A stretch of 64,000 bases of DNA from Desulfurellales bacterium (lineage in GTDB: Bacteria; Campylobacterota_A; Desulfurellia; Desulfurellales; Hippeaceae): contig JALTCA010000066.1 in the NCBI GenBank assembly GCA_027008245.1, positions 18,688 to 82,687 on the forward strand, written 5' to 3'. The position numbers and the translations under genes were made by a program. Positions 51,989 through 62,016 of this stretch are shown here, piece after piece. The notes beneath the pieces are model-generated. The model made no database searches. It saw only the letters and a list, made by a program, of their open reading frames with translations, and was not told where the DNA came from. Each line of letters begins with the position of its first letter. Positions within the stretch are counted from its first letter, which is position 1.

Positions 51989-52528
51989 TCAATAGCTTTT
52001 TTGAAATATTCCGCTTATAAAAGCTCCTCCAGATTCTGTAACCAAACCATAAACAGATAGAAACTTCTTTTTATTTTCTTCTATGCTTTTAATTTGCTCT
52101 TCTTTTGTATTATTATCATCCATTAGAACGAGAACTACATCGCCAACTTTTAGTTCATCGGCTCTCAAGAGCATCTCTTCTCCACCGCGTTTTATGGGAA
52201 TTTGATGTGATATTGTAACTACAGTCTGCTTAGTCTCTGTTTTAACAACAAGCAAAGGCTCGTAAGACACTCTTCTAATTATTTCCAAAACCCTTTCAAA
52301 TCCATTTTTACTATAAACTTGAAAATCCTCATTTATATCCTTTAGCCAAATATCCTCAGCCTTTGCCGCTAACCTCTCTGCGGGTTTTACTAATTTAAAC
52401 AAATTCCTTATTGTAAAACTGCCTGTCTTATTATCGTACTTCACAATAACCGTTTCATTCTCAGAATAACCATTATAAAAACGGTCCCTTATAGGCTCTC
52501 CAAAGTATATTTTATCTCTTAATTCCAT
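51989..52528 (-). CDS. Stand-alone Hint (mini-intein-like) domain protein lacking splicing residues
   Basis: Block A-like GYSENETVIV, block B VVTISHQI (TxxH), ADELKVGD, block F-like VYGLVTE, block G-like GIFQKS; GGGGA RBS, 8 bp after upstream stop. Confidence 0.7.
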   Translation of the reverse strand: MELRDKIYFGEPIRDRFYNGYSENETVIVKYDNKTGSFTIRNLFKLVKPAERLAAKAEDIWLKDINEDFQVYSKNGFERVLEIIRRVSYEPLLVVKTETKQTVVTISHQIPIKRGGEEMLLRADELKVGDVVLVLMDDNNTKEEQIKSIEENKKKFLSVYGLVTESGGAFISGIFQKSY

Positions 52529-52536
52529 GATTCCCC

Positions 52537-54354
52537 CTATTTCTTTGTTCTCAGGTATCTATCAATACCAATAGCAGCCCTATGACCGTTAGCTATAGCA
52601 GATATTGCATCTCCTCTCGATGTTTCAACAAGGTCTCCACCTGCGAATACTCCAGGAATGGTTGTCTCTCCGTATTCATCAATCTTAATCTTTCTTCTTG
52701 GAGTAAATTCTAATTTATCAAGCAATTCTTTTGGTACGAAGGACAAATCGTACATCTGACCCACAGCCTCAACAATGTAGTCACCCTCGAGCACTTTCTT
52801 CTGGTCTTCATAGAAAGCTGGATTAAACCTATGGTTTTCATCAAATACGTATTTAACCTTCTTTACCTCAAGTCCTCTAATTTTTCCGTTTTCATCCAGT
52901 AATACTTGATTTGGACCCCAACCTGGATTGAATATTACTCCTTCTTCGAGCGCACCATCTATCTCTTCCTTTGAAGCAGGCATTATATCCCAATCTTCCA
53001 AACTTACCATCTGTACCATCGTTCCTTCACCGCCATAAGCCATCTGCTGCAACCTAACAACAGTTCTTGCTACGTCCATAGCAACGTTACCACCACCTAT
53101 GACGATAACCCTCTTCGAAATTTCTCTTCTGCCCTCAATTTTAACCTGCCTCAAGAATTTTATAGCCTGTATTACATCTTGGTGCTCTTCTCCCTTAAGA
53201 TTTATGTAACGGCCGAAAGATAAACCAACGCCTATATAGACAGCATCATAATCTTCTAATAGCTCCTCAAATGAAATATCCTTGCCAGCTTCTGTATTAA
53301 GCCTTATCTCTACACCCATATCCTCTATGTGTTTAATCTCTTTATCCAACTCATAAATAGGAAGCCTGTACATTGGTATGCCGCTTGCTAAGGCACCACC
53401 TGCCCTTTGCCCCTTCTCAAATATTGTCACAGAGTGACCCATAGTGGTCAGATGGTATGCACATGACAAACCACTTGGACCTCCACCTATTATTGCAACT
53501 TTCTTACCCGTTGGCGGCATCTTTTCTATTTCAACATCCTTGTAGCTCTCTAACTGGTCAGTAGCATATCTCTTCAGCCACATAATCAAAACAGGCTCGC
53601 CTCTGTAGTTGTAAACGCAGGCATCTTGGCATCTATGAGTACAAATCCTACCACATATACCAGGTAGTACATTGTCCTCAAGCATATATTTAACGGATTT
53701 CTTGTTATCCTCATCAAATATGGCCTGTATGTACTCAGGAATTTTCATGTGGGCTGGGCATCCCTGCATACATATACCGCATCCCAAGCAACGCATAGCC
53801 TCTTTCAATGCCTGTTCCCTTGTAAAGCCCTTTACAATTTCTTCGAAAGTCTTCTTTCTGACATCGGGCTCTAACTCTTCCATCTTCTCGGGTTCAAGCA
53901 TTAGAGGTGTAATCTCGTCGCTTTGCGTATATCCTATCTCCCTTTCCTGCTCTGCTAACGGAACCCAATTGAATGCATCTGCATCAGGAGAAACATAGAT
54001 TAAATCCTTGGACATCTTTAAAGAGCCCGTTGGACACATTTCAACACACAAGGCGCAGAAAGAGCATCTGCCATAATCTATCTTTGGTCTAACAGGATTT
54101 GCACCAACCTTATTTTTATCGATAGGGTGTATATTTGACGGATCAACCATTGTAATGGCTGCACACGGACATATATCTCTACAGTTTCCGCAACCAATAC
54201 ACTTGTCAACGTCATTTATATGTAAACCTCTAAATCTATCCGGAACAGGTTTTTCCTCATACGGATACCTTAAGGTATGAGGCTTTTTAAACAGATACTT
54301 TATAGATGAAAGCGGCTTTAGAAAACTTCCATTCTCATATTCTTTTATATTCAT
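52537..54354 (-). CDS. MbsN/NuoI-like 2x[4Fe-4S] subunit fused to GltD/SudA-like FAD-dependent pyridine-nucleotide oxidoreductase
   Basis: YPYE...RFRG, CIGCGNCRDICP, CSFCALCVEMCP; then EAMRCLGC, CGRIC, GGGPSG, GGGNVAMD, FAGGD. Confidence 0.9.
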   Translation of the reverse strand: MNIKEYENGSFLKPLSSIKYLFKKPHTLRYPYEEKPVPDRFRGLHINDVDKCIGCGNCRDICPCAAITMVDPSNIHPIDKNKVGANPVRPKIDYGRCSFCALCVEMCPTGSLKMSKDLIYVSPDADAFNWVPLAEQEREIGYTQSDEITPLMLEPEKMEELEPDVRKKTFEEIVKGFTREQALKEAMRCLGCGICMQGCPAHMKIPEYIQAIFDEDNKKSVKYMLEDNVLPGICGRICTHRCQDACVYNYRGEPVLIMWLKRYATDQLESYKDVEIEKMPPTGKKVAIIGGGPSGLSCAYHLTTMGHSVTIFEKGQRAGGALASGIPMYRLPIYELDKEIKHIEDMGVEIRLNTEAGKDISFEELLEDYDAVYIGVGLSFGRYINLKGEEHQDVIQAIKFLRQVKIEGRREISKRVIVIGGGNVAMDVARTVVRLQQMAYGGEGTMVQMVSLEDWDIMPASKEEIDGALEEGVIFNPGWGPNQVLLDENGKIRGLEVKKVKYVFDENHRFNPAFYEDQKKVLEGDYIVEAVGQMYDLSFVPKELLDKLEFTPRRKIKIDEYGETTIPGVFAGGDLVETSRGDAISAIANGHRAAIGIDRYLRTKK

Positions 54355-54365
54355 AATATCACCCC

Positions 54366-55469
54366 TTACCTATCAAATTCAGGAGGACAAACGTCCAAGC
54401 TTACTAAAATGTGAGAAACATCTGCGAGCCTTTGACCTACAAGTAGCCTTTCAGCTATTGTAAACATATGCACATGAGAAGCTCCCCTAATAGTTACCCT
54501 ATACGGTCTACCTGTACCATCACTCACCATATAGAATCCATGCTCACCCCTTGCAGATTCCACCTTTGCATAAGCTTCACCTGCCGGAACACGCCATTTA
54601 AGCGGGTTAGGCATTTTTTCCCATACTGGACCCTTCTTAGGCATCTTCTTTATAGCCTGCTCTATAATGTTCAAACTATTTTCAAACTCCCATCTCCTTA
54701 TCATTGCCCTTGCCCATGAGTCGCCATCTGTCAATGTAGGTACTTCAAAATCTATATACTCATAAGCAGCATAAGGGTCATCCTTTCTTACATCTTGTGC
54801 AACACCTGTAGCCTTTAGAACAGGTCCTGTTGCACACCACTCAATGGCTTGCTCTTTAGAAATTACAGCAACTCCTCTTGTTCTCTGTTTGAACATTATG
54901 TTTTTGAAAAATATATTGTCGTAATCAATCAATTTATCCCTTAAATATCTAACATACGAAAGAACTTCATCTTCCCAACCAGGTGGTGTATCCCTCCTAA
55001 CTCCACCGGGCCAAATGTACATGTGATAAACCCTAACTCCACAGATCTCAGCAAACAAATCCAAGGCGTAATCCCTATCACCAACACTCCATTGCGAAAG
55101 CGTGTAAAGACCTAATGTTGCAGCAAAACCACCCATCCAAAAAAGATAGGCTGCAATTCTTGCCATCTCAAGAACTATAGTTCTTAAATATTTAGCTCTC
55201 TCCGGTATCTCAACACCCATCAAATCCTCAACAGCCATAGCGTAGGCTGCTTCGTTAATATCTGGCTCAGGAACGCAGATACGAGGTATCAACGCCAAAT
55301 TTTGTATGTAGTACCTATTCTCCATTGACTTTTCAAAGGCTCTATGCAAGTACCCTGGATCTCCCTTGGCTGACACAACAGTATCGCCCTCTAACTCAAG
55401 CTTAACAGAAAAGTTACCCGGAATTCCAGGGTGGTTTGGACCTATAAATAGTTCATAAGTTCTACTCAT
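54366..55469 (-). CDS. MbsL/MbxL (NuoD-like) catalytic subunit
   Basis: GPNHP, GYLHRAFEK, RICVPE, C-terminal DVCPPEFDR; no NiFe CxxC pairs; start at ATG 55469 after GGAGG. Confidence 0.88.
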   Translation of the reverse strand: MSRTYELFIGPNHPGIPGNFSVKLELEGDTVVSAKGDPGYLHRAFEKSMENRYYIQNLALIPRICVPEPDINEAAYAMAVEDLMGVEIPERAKYLRTIVLEMARIAAYLFWMGGFAATLGLYTLSQWSVGDRDYALDLFAEICGVRVYHMYIWPGGVRRDTPPGWEDEVLSYVRYLRDKLIDYDNIFFKNIMFKQRTRGVAVISKEQAIEWCATGPVLKATGVAQDVRKDDPYAAYEYIDFEVPTLTDGDSWARAMIRRWEFENSLNIIEQAIKKMPKKGPVWEKMPNPLKWRVPAGEAYAKVESARGEHGFYMVSDGTGRPYRVTIRGASHVHMFTIAERLLVGQRLADVSHILVSLDVCPPEFDR

Positions 55470-55947
55470 TTTCATCCTCCGAGTGTCTGAATACGTAATG
55501 TTCATTACAATACTTTACTGAATCGAAGTCTTTCCTCATCGGAGGCATATCCTTCCAGTTTTCCAAGATAAATGGCTTTCCTGCATCCTCATTGCCTTCA
55601 ACCTTAATACCAAACATCTCTGCAACTTCCCTTTCCCAATTGTGTGCAGGTGGATAAATCTTATCCGCAGTATCAATTACAGGATTATCCCTATCAATCC
55701 AGACTCTAACAATTACATTGATTTTCTCTTCCCTCTCGTAGAGCACATAAAATATCTCAAACTTTCCCTCATTTATTCTATCTACAACATTCATGAAGGA
55801 CAATTGCGTGATATTTAAAACATTCTTCATGTAATACAACGTATCTATAACCCTATCCTTATCAACATCCACAAATACCCTATTGTGTCTTTGAACTGTA
55901 ACCTCAACTCCATCTATTCCCTTAATCCTCTCCACCAAATCCATCAT
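55462..55947 (-). CDS. MbsK/MbxK (NuoC-like) subunit
   Basis: WEREVAEMFGI, PPMRKDF. Confidence 0.88.
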   Translation of the reverse strand: MMDLVERIKGIDGVEVTVQRHNRVFVDVDKDRVIDTLYYMKNVLNITQLSFMNVVDRINEGKFEIFYVLYEREEKINVIVRVWIDRDNPVIDTADKIYPPAHNWEREVAEMFGIKVEGNEDAGKPFILENWKDMPPMRKDFDSVKYCNEHYVFRHSEDENE

Positions 55948-56456
55948 CCCAGCACCTTCCTTTGATTCTCTTTATAGTAGGCAAGGTTCCTTTTGTAACG
56001 TTTATATCCATCAGCTTTTCCTTGATCTATCATATCCATCAAAGTCCTAAATGATGTAATTATGGCTTCTGGTCTCGGCATACATCCAGCTATATACAAG
56101 TCAACAGGAATGTATCTATCCAACCTCTTTATGACGGAGTAGGAGTCCCAGTAGACACCACCGTTAATTGGGCAAGAACCAAAACCTATAACATATTTCG
56201 GATCAAGCATCTGCTCATACACGGTTATAATACGCTTTAAGGTTTTTATATTAACATAACCTGTAACCAAGAGAATATCAGATTGTCTTGGAGTAACGAA
56301 AGGTGCCAAACCGAATCTCGACATATCGTACCTTGACGTCATAGTTGGAGGAAGCTCAACCGCCCCACATCCAGTACAGTAATGTATCATCCAAAGAGAA
56401 CGCTTTCTCAGCATATTTGCTATGGTCTTAGCTTGTTCCTCGGTTAGTCTATCCAT
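55944..56456 (-). CDS. MbsJ/MbxJ (NuoB-like) [4Fe-4S] subunit
   Basis: CTGCGAVE, PRQSD, GSCPINGG, IAGCMPRPE. Confidence 0.9.
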   Translation of the reverse strand: MDRLTEEQAKTIANMLRKRSLWMIHYCTGCGAVELPPTMTSRYDMSRFGLAPFVTPRQSDILLVTGYVNIKTLKRIITVYEQMLDPKYVIGFGSCPINGGVYWDSYSVIKRLDRYIPVDLYIAGCMPRPEAIITSFRTLMDMIDQGKADGYKRYKRNLAYYKENQRKVLG

Positions 56457-56469
56457 AAACCTGACCTCC

Positions 56470-57357
56470 TTACTTAACCAACACTATGATAAGACTAATT
56501 AATGCAACAACTGTAGGCCATTTCCAAAAGAAACGTACTGCGTCATCTATTTTAAACCTCGGATATACTTCGTCAAACATCATCATTATAAAAAACACCA
56601 CAAACATTTTCACATAGAACCATAAGATGTTAGTTGCACCACCTAAAAACAAATCAACAAACAAGGCTATTTCAATGTAAATGTGGAAAGCATGGTTTAT
56701 AACAAGAAAACCGAGGTGTTTTCCACCATATTCAACCATAGGTCCTGTTGCAACCTCATGCGGAGCTGTAACAATATCAAATGGATGTTCACCTAAAGCA
56801 CCATACGACACAACGAATCCAACAATGGCAGAAAGCGGTAAAGACCATAAAGCCCAATGACCATGAGCTTGAGCAGCAACTATATCGGCCAAATTCGTTG
56901 TGTGATAGTAAAGCACTACAGATATGATTATTATTACAAATGGTAAATCGTAACCAAACATTAAAGTCAGCGCCCTTGATATACCTATGCTTGCATTGGG
57001 GTTAGCGGATTCACCAGCACCCAAAGCCATTCCCAAAGAGCCAATTACCATCATATACATAAGTGCTATTAAATCACCAGAACCAGTAAAAAGTTTCACT
57101 CCTGCAACAGGTATGAAAAGAACCGTCAAAATTGAGCCAGCCAATGCTATTACAGGCCCCAAACTATACATAACACCGTGTGTTATATTTCCTTCCTTTA
57201 AAAGTAACTTCAATATATTGTAAATAGGCTGTATGATAGGGGGACCGTACCTTCTCTCTATCCTCGCAGACACCTTAAGCTTAATCATCATAAAAGACAA
57301 TCCTACTAAAAAGGCAAATATCGGCGCTATTATTGCAAAAAAGATTTTATCTACCAT
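56470..57357 (-). CDS. MbsM/MbxM (NuoH-like) membrane subunit
   Basis: ARIERRYGPP, PFD, GPMVEYGG, PRFKID. Confidence 0.88.
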   Translation of the reverse strand: MVDKIFFAIIAPIFAFLVGLSFMMIKLKVSARIERRYGPPIIQPIYNILKLLLKEGNITHGVMYSLGPVIALAGSILTVLFIPVAGVKLFTGSGDLIALMYMMVIGSLGMALGAGESANPNASIGISRALTLMFGYDLPFVIIIISVVLYYHTTNLADIVAAQAHGHWALWSLPLSAIVGFVVSYGALGEHPFDIVTAPHEVATGPMVEYGGKHLGFLVINHAFHIYIEIALFVDLFLGGATNILWFYVKMFVVFFIMMMFDEVYPRFKIDDAVRFFWKWPTVVALISLIIVLVK

Positions 57358-59243
57358 ACCTTACCTCCCAACAGTACAAAAGCGGCAGCCAAAGTAACAA
57401 TTATAACGATATAAGCGTTATACGTTTCCAAATTTCCCGTGTAAATTCTTCTCATATAGTAATCTCCAAATACCTTTACAGCCTCCACCCAGTAGTTATA
57501 AACTTTTTCTATACTCCATTTAAAGATAGGCTTTATTACCCTACCAAATGACATATAGAAGCCATAGCTGTAGTTATACTTCAAGTCCTCGGTAACAATC
57601 TGACCAGAAGCGTAGTTGTCGTATTGGGAAACCTTTCTTGATTTGGGGAACAAAAGGAACAAAATCCACATAGCAACAAATGCTATAGCAAGTATCGATA
57701 CAATATTGACTGTCACCAAAGCTCCCATAGCTGTACCTTGGGGGAATCCAAACAAATTGTAGGCAATAGGTTTAAATCCAAAGAAAACCATTCCTTTAAC
57801 TATCACATTCATGGCCAAACCGGGCATAACACCCAAAACAATTGTCAAGAGAGCTAAAACCCATATAGCTATCTGCATTAGAATAGGTACATCCTTAACA
57901 TTCTCGTACTTCTTCGGTAACTGCCCAAGGAAAATAGAATGAACCAACCTATATACATATAAAAACGCACCTGTTGATCCAACAAAAGCCATTATCAACA
58001 GGAAAACCTCCTTCTTTTGGAGCAATGCTTCATAAATCATCCATTTTGAAACAAATCCATTCAAAGGAGGAACACCCGCCAAAGCTATGATACCCAAAAG
58101 CAATGCAACAAAACTAAACGGCATTTTTCTTATAAGCCCGCCAAGCTCACTCAAATTCCTCGTTCCCGTTCTGTATATAACGGCACCTACAACCAAGAAC
58201 AAAAGACCCTTAAAAATTGCATGGTTCAATGCATGGAACAAACCACCTGCAACACCCAAAGATGTACCTGTGGCAATTCCAAGAACCACATATCCTATTT
58301 GTGATATGGAAGAGTAAGCCAAAAGTCTTTTTGCATCTTCCTGCATTATTGCCAAGAACGTTGCAAGCACAATGGATAAAGCAGCAAGCCATTGAATAAT
58401 GTAAAGCAAAATAGGTGTAGAAAACACAGACGGCATCAATGAGCTTGCCAATTTAACAGACACAAGACCATATAAAACAATAAATAAACCGTATGCACCC
58501 ATTTTTATGAGAACACCAGACAAAAGGGGCGATACTGGCGACGGTGCCTCGGAGTGTGCGTCAGGCAACCATGTATGTAAGGGCATAACGGCTGCTTTCA
58601 CAAAGAAGCCTATAGCCAAAAGTACAACTGTCCATATAACAAATGTTGGAGATGAATGCAACAACACGTTTGCTACGTCTGCATAAACCAAGCTATGAGC
58701 CTTTGCATACAACATAGCCATTGCCAAGAACATCGCATAAGCACCTATAACACTCATGATTATGTATTTATAGCCTGCCGCCATAGACCTCTTGCCACCG
58801 TGTATAATTAGGAAATATGAAGTCCAGCTCATTATCTCCCAGAACATAAAGAACGTGATTAAATCGCCTGCTAATACAATACCTACCATTGCTCCTTCGA
58901 CAAAGAGGAGATACATATAGTAGGCATCCAATTTTAGCTCATCTTCTTCTTTTCTCATGTCGTCTATAGAAAATAACACAATCAAGAATGACGCAGATGT
59001 CACAATGAATAAGAAGAGCCATGTTATTGGGTTGGTTTGGAGTATCAGATCGGAACCAAACAACTTGCCCCACACAATGCCTTTAGTTGAAACATTGTAA
59101 TAACCTATAATCTCAAAAGCAGTCGCAAAAGAGAAAACTATAGCTATAAGATTTCTTATCCATCTATGGATTTTTCCTCCTATAAACGCCAGCAATCCAC
59201 CTATAAAAGGTGTTGCAAGCAACAATTCAAGGGATGCATTCAT
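57351..59243 (-). CDS. MbsH'/MrpA-D-like antiporter membrane subunit
   Basis: FWEIM, PLHTWLPDAHSEAPSP, LLAYSSISQIG, PPLNGFVSK. Confidence 0.88.
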   Translation of the reverse strand: MNASLELLLATPFIGGLLAFIGGKIHRWIRNLIAIVFSFATAFEIIGYYNVSTKGIVWGKLFGSDLILQTNPITWLFLFIVTSASFLIVLFSIDDMRKEEDELKLDAYYMYLLFVEGAMVGIVLAGDLITFFMFWEIMSWTSYFLIIHGGKRSMAAGYKYIIMSVIGAYAMFLAMAMLYAKAHSLVYADVANVLLHSSPTFVIWTVVLLAIGFFVKAAVMPLHTWLPDAHSEAPSPVSPLLSGVLIKMGAYGLFIVLYGLVSVKLASSLMPSVFSTPILLYIIQWLAALSIVLATFLAIMQEDAKRLLAYSSISQIGYVVLGIATGTSLGVAGGLFHALNHAIFKGLLFLVVGAVIYRTGTRNLSELGGLIRKMPFSFVALLLGIIALAGVPPLNGFVSKWMIYEALLQKKEVFLLIMAFVGSTGAFLYVYRLVHSIFLGQLPKKYENVKDVPILMQIAIWVLALLTIVLGVMPGLAMNVIVKGMVFFGFKPIAYNLFGFPQGTAMGALVTVNIVSILAIAFVAMWILFLLFPKSRKVSQYDNYASGQIVTEDLKYNYSYGFYMSFGRVIKPIFKWSIEKVYNYWVEAVKVFGDYYMRRIYTGNLETYNAYIVIIVTLAAAFVLLGGKVW

Positions 59244-59244
59244 T

Positions 59245-60735
59245 TTATAGACCTCCTAACTTTAAAGCAATGTTAATGTAACTTTTACTCATGAGGTCGT
59301 TAGCAACATGATGCGTAAGATTGATAATTGGAGTAGGGTACAAACTTATGAAAATCAATATCAACCCCAATATGGTGAACGAAATTAATATTCCTGCAGG
59401 TGCTTCTTTTACTTGTAAATCTTCAGAAGGTTTGCCAAAGTACATATTTTGCAAAAGTTTGAAGAAGTAAGCCCCCTCTACAACAGACATCAGTAGTATG
59501 ATAACAACCGAAGCTATCATTAAAAAGTTTTGTTGTTGTAACGCAGCAAATATTATTTTTAATTTGCTCCAAAAGCCAAAGAAAGGAGGCAAACCCATCA
59601 AAGAAAACGCACCTATAGCCAAAAAGAACGATGAAAACTTCATCTTTCTTCCGAGGCCAGCAAAATCTTCAATCTTTCTTGACCCAATCCTTAATATCAT
59701 ACCGCCAGTAACCAAGAACAATAGAGCCTTAGATACAGAATGATTGATTATCTGCATAATGGAACCTTGAAAACCATTGGTAGAATCCAAAGCAAACGCA
59801 AAGAAAAACAATCCTGTCTGACCTATAGTGGAGTATGCAAGCATCCTTTTTATATCCTGCTGGAAGTAAGCAGAAACCTCTCCGAATATCAAAGTCAGCA
59901 AGCCAAAGAAAAGCATAATTGTGTATATCTCTTTATAATCAAACATCAGGTTTGTAAGCCTATACAGTGCGTATATCGCTGCTGTAGTCATAATACCTGA
60001 AAGTATAGCAGAGACAGAAGATGGGGCAGCAGGGTGCGCATCTGGCAACCATGCATTTAATGGGAATAGAGCTCCCTCTATACCTAAACCAATAAAAATC
60101 ATGGAATATGCCAAAAACTTCTGTTGGAACGTTAAATAAGCACTTCTTTGGGCTAAATCCACCATATTCAATGTTCCAGTAGCAGCATACAACATTATTA
60201 TCCCCACAAGCAACAAAGAACCACCAATGGAACCCATAACTAAGTATTTGAAACCAGCTTCAACAGCTCCTTGGTCTCTGTGAAACCCAACAAGACCAAA
60301 TGCAGCAATAGAAGTTACCTCAAATGCAACAAAAAGGTTGAAAATGTCACCTGTGACAATCATCCATATAATTCCTGTTACAAGGAGTGTGAAGAGAGCA
60401 TAATATCTCTCCTGAGGCTCCTCATCAATATAAGAAACATTATATATAGAAACCAAAAAACCTAAGACAGAACCTATACCTGCAAGAATAAGAGAAAGTC
60501 TATCAACTACAATGTCAATGGCCAACGGTGGCTTAAAACCAGCCGTTGTTGACATAACCATACCTTTCCCTAAAACCTCAGGTATCAATTGGTAAATCAC
60601 AATTAGATCAATACCAAAAGCAATAATTGGAAGATACTTCACGATGCCCTTAAAAAACGAGGAAAACAAGACCGCTAGAAATACAAAAAAGAGTGGAACC
60701 GCTATCAATAATATTGGATGTGCTGCGCTTACCAT
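59245..60735 (-). CDS. MbsH/MrpD-like antiporter membrane subunit
   Basis: DIFNLFVAFE, WLPDAHPAAP, MLAYS, PPFFGFWSK. Confidence 0.88.
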   Translation of the reverse strand: MVSAAHPILLIAVPLFFVFLAVLFSSFFKGIVKYLPIIAFGIDLIVIYQLIPEVLGKGMVMSTTAGFKPPLAIDIVVDRLSLILAGIGSVLGFLVSIYNVSYIDEEPQERYYALFTLLVTGIIWMIVTGDIFNLFVAFEVTSIAAFGLVGFHRDQGAVEAGFKYLVMGSIGGSLLLVGIIMLYAATGTLNMVDLAQRSAYLTFQQKFLAYSMIFIGLGIEGALFPLNAWLPDAHPAAPSSVSAILSGIMTTAAIYALYRLTNLMFDYKEIYTIMLFFGLLTLIFGEVSAYFQQDIKRMLAYSTIGQTGLFFFAFALDSTNGFQGSIMQIINHSVSKALLFLVTGGMILRIGSRKIEDFAGLGRKMKFSSFFLAIGAFSLMGLPPFFGFWSKLKIIFAALQQQNFLMIASVVIILLMSVVEGAYFFKLLQNMYFGKPSEDLQVKEAPAGILISFTILGLILIFISLYPTPIINLTHHVANDLMSKSYINIALKLGGL

Positions 60736-61070
60736 TTCAAACTCCTTATCTTCTTGATATCAAGAGTTTTGTAATACCTGTATAAAAGTACTACAAAAGC
60801 CACAGCCAATGCCAATTCAGAGGCATCTATAACTATAGCCGTAAGGGTTAAAGCCTGAGGTATTGGGTCTACCATGGTATTCGGGTTCAAGCCAACTCTT
60901 GAGAATATAGGTGCTGTTCCATGGTTCATATAACCTATGCTTATAATCAGAAGATTCACACCCGAAGATAGGAAATCTAATCCAATAATTATTTTTATAA
61001 GATTACTCTTAACCAAAACAGCATATAAACCTATGGCAATCAAAAGCAAAGAGCTTACATAATATATCAT
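60729..61070 (-). CDS. mnhC: MbsG / Na+/H+ antiporter subunit C
   Basis: NLIKIIIG, DPIPQALTLTAIVI. Confidence 0.85.
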   Translation of the reverse strand: MIYYVSSLLLIAIGLYAVLVKSNLIKIIIGLDFLSSGVNLLIISIGYMNHGTAPIFSRVGLNPNTMVDPIPQALTLTAIVIDASELALAVAFVVLLYRYYKTLDIKKIRSLKW

Positions 61071-61780
61071 TCCTCACCTCCGTGGTACATAACATCGCTC
61101 ATTACATCATCTATAATTCCAGCAAATTCAGAGGCGACTTTAAAACCAATTGCGATGTAAATTATTGGAAGAATACCAGCACTTACGAGAGTATTGAAAG
61201 TACCCATTGGCAGGAAGTTGTAAAGGAAAGAAACCTTAGGTGTCAATAGTCCATACAAACCAAGACATACAAATGTAAGTCCTGCCAAGCCTTCAATAGC
61301 AGCAAGCCCTTTTCTCTTAAGCCTGTAACCAGGATAAGCAAGATACAACAATAGGAATCCGGATGCAATTATCGAACCCCCTTGGAAACCTCCACCCGGT
61401 GTCAAGTGTCCATGTACAAAGATGTAGGCGCCAAACAACAAAATAAACGGGAATACAATACGGGAACCGACACGAACAACAAAATTCGGTTTGATTTCAA
61501 TTTTTTTCTTTCTTCTATTCTCTCCTATCATATACAGCAGAATGCCAACTCCGGCAGCTGCGGCAAACAAAACAGAAACCTCACCTAACGTATCAAAACC
61601 CCTGTAATCCAAAACAACAGAGGTTACTATGTTTGCTGCACCTGTTTGTTGCACACCATGATCAATATAGTACTTACCCACTGTCATTTTGTTCTTACCA
61701 AAGGGAAAAGCAGCGAAAAACAACACTAAAGAGAGAACGATAATCGCAAGGAATATCGAGTAAACTACTTTTCTAATCAT
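61067..61780 (-). CDS. mnhB: MbsE(F) / Na+/H+ antiporter subunit B
   Basis: NIVTSVVLDYRGFDTLGE, HGHLTPGGGFQGG. Confidence 0.85.
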   Translation of the reverse strand: MIRKVVYSIFLAIIVLSLVLFFAAFPFGKNKMTVGKYYIDHGVQQTGAANIVTSVVLDYRGFDTLGEVSVLFAAAAGVGILLYMIGENRRKKKIEIKPNFVVRVGSRIVFPFILLFGAYIFVHGHLTPGGGFQGGSIIASGFLLLYLAYPGYRLKRKGLAAIEGLAGLTFVCLGLYGLLTPKVSFLYNFLPMGTFNTLVSAGILPIIYIAIGFKVASEFAGIIDDVMSDVMYHGGEE

Positions 61781-62016
61781 TCTTCTCTCCTTTCGGTTTG
61801 TCTAATTCCTATGACGTAGATAATCATGACTAGGGCCGCCCCTATGCTTGCCTCTGCCATAGCAACATCTGGAGCCTGCAAGAGTAAAAACAACACAGAG
61901 ATAATTAAACTAACAGCACCCATGGCAATGACAGCAGCTATAAGGTTTTTAAGCTCTATAGCCAAAATCGATAGTACAATCATAAATATTATCAGCACCC
62001 AGGCAACATAAATCAT
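61777..62016 (-). CDS. MbsD / DUF4040 (MbhD-like) small membrane subunit
   Basis: LQAPDVAMAEASIG. Confidence 0.85.
   Translation of the reverse strand: MIYVAWVLIIFMIVLSILAIELKNLIAAVIAMGAVSLIISVLFLLLQAPDVAMAEASIGAALVMIIYVIGIRQTERREE

Noticed and set aside
51989-54354. Active intein or frameshifted C-terminal extension of the upstream oxidoreductase
   Set aside because: The oxidoreductase ends normally (AIGIDRYL..stop); the Hint ORF has its own RBS and lacks the splicing residues
54366-56456. Group 4 [NiFe]-hydrogenase (Mbh/Ech) or canonical complex I
   Set aside because: Large subunit lacks both CxxC Ni-binding motifs; no NuoA/J/E/F/G; gene order matches MBS/Mbx
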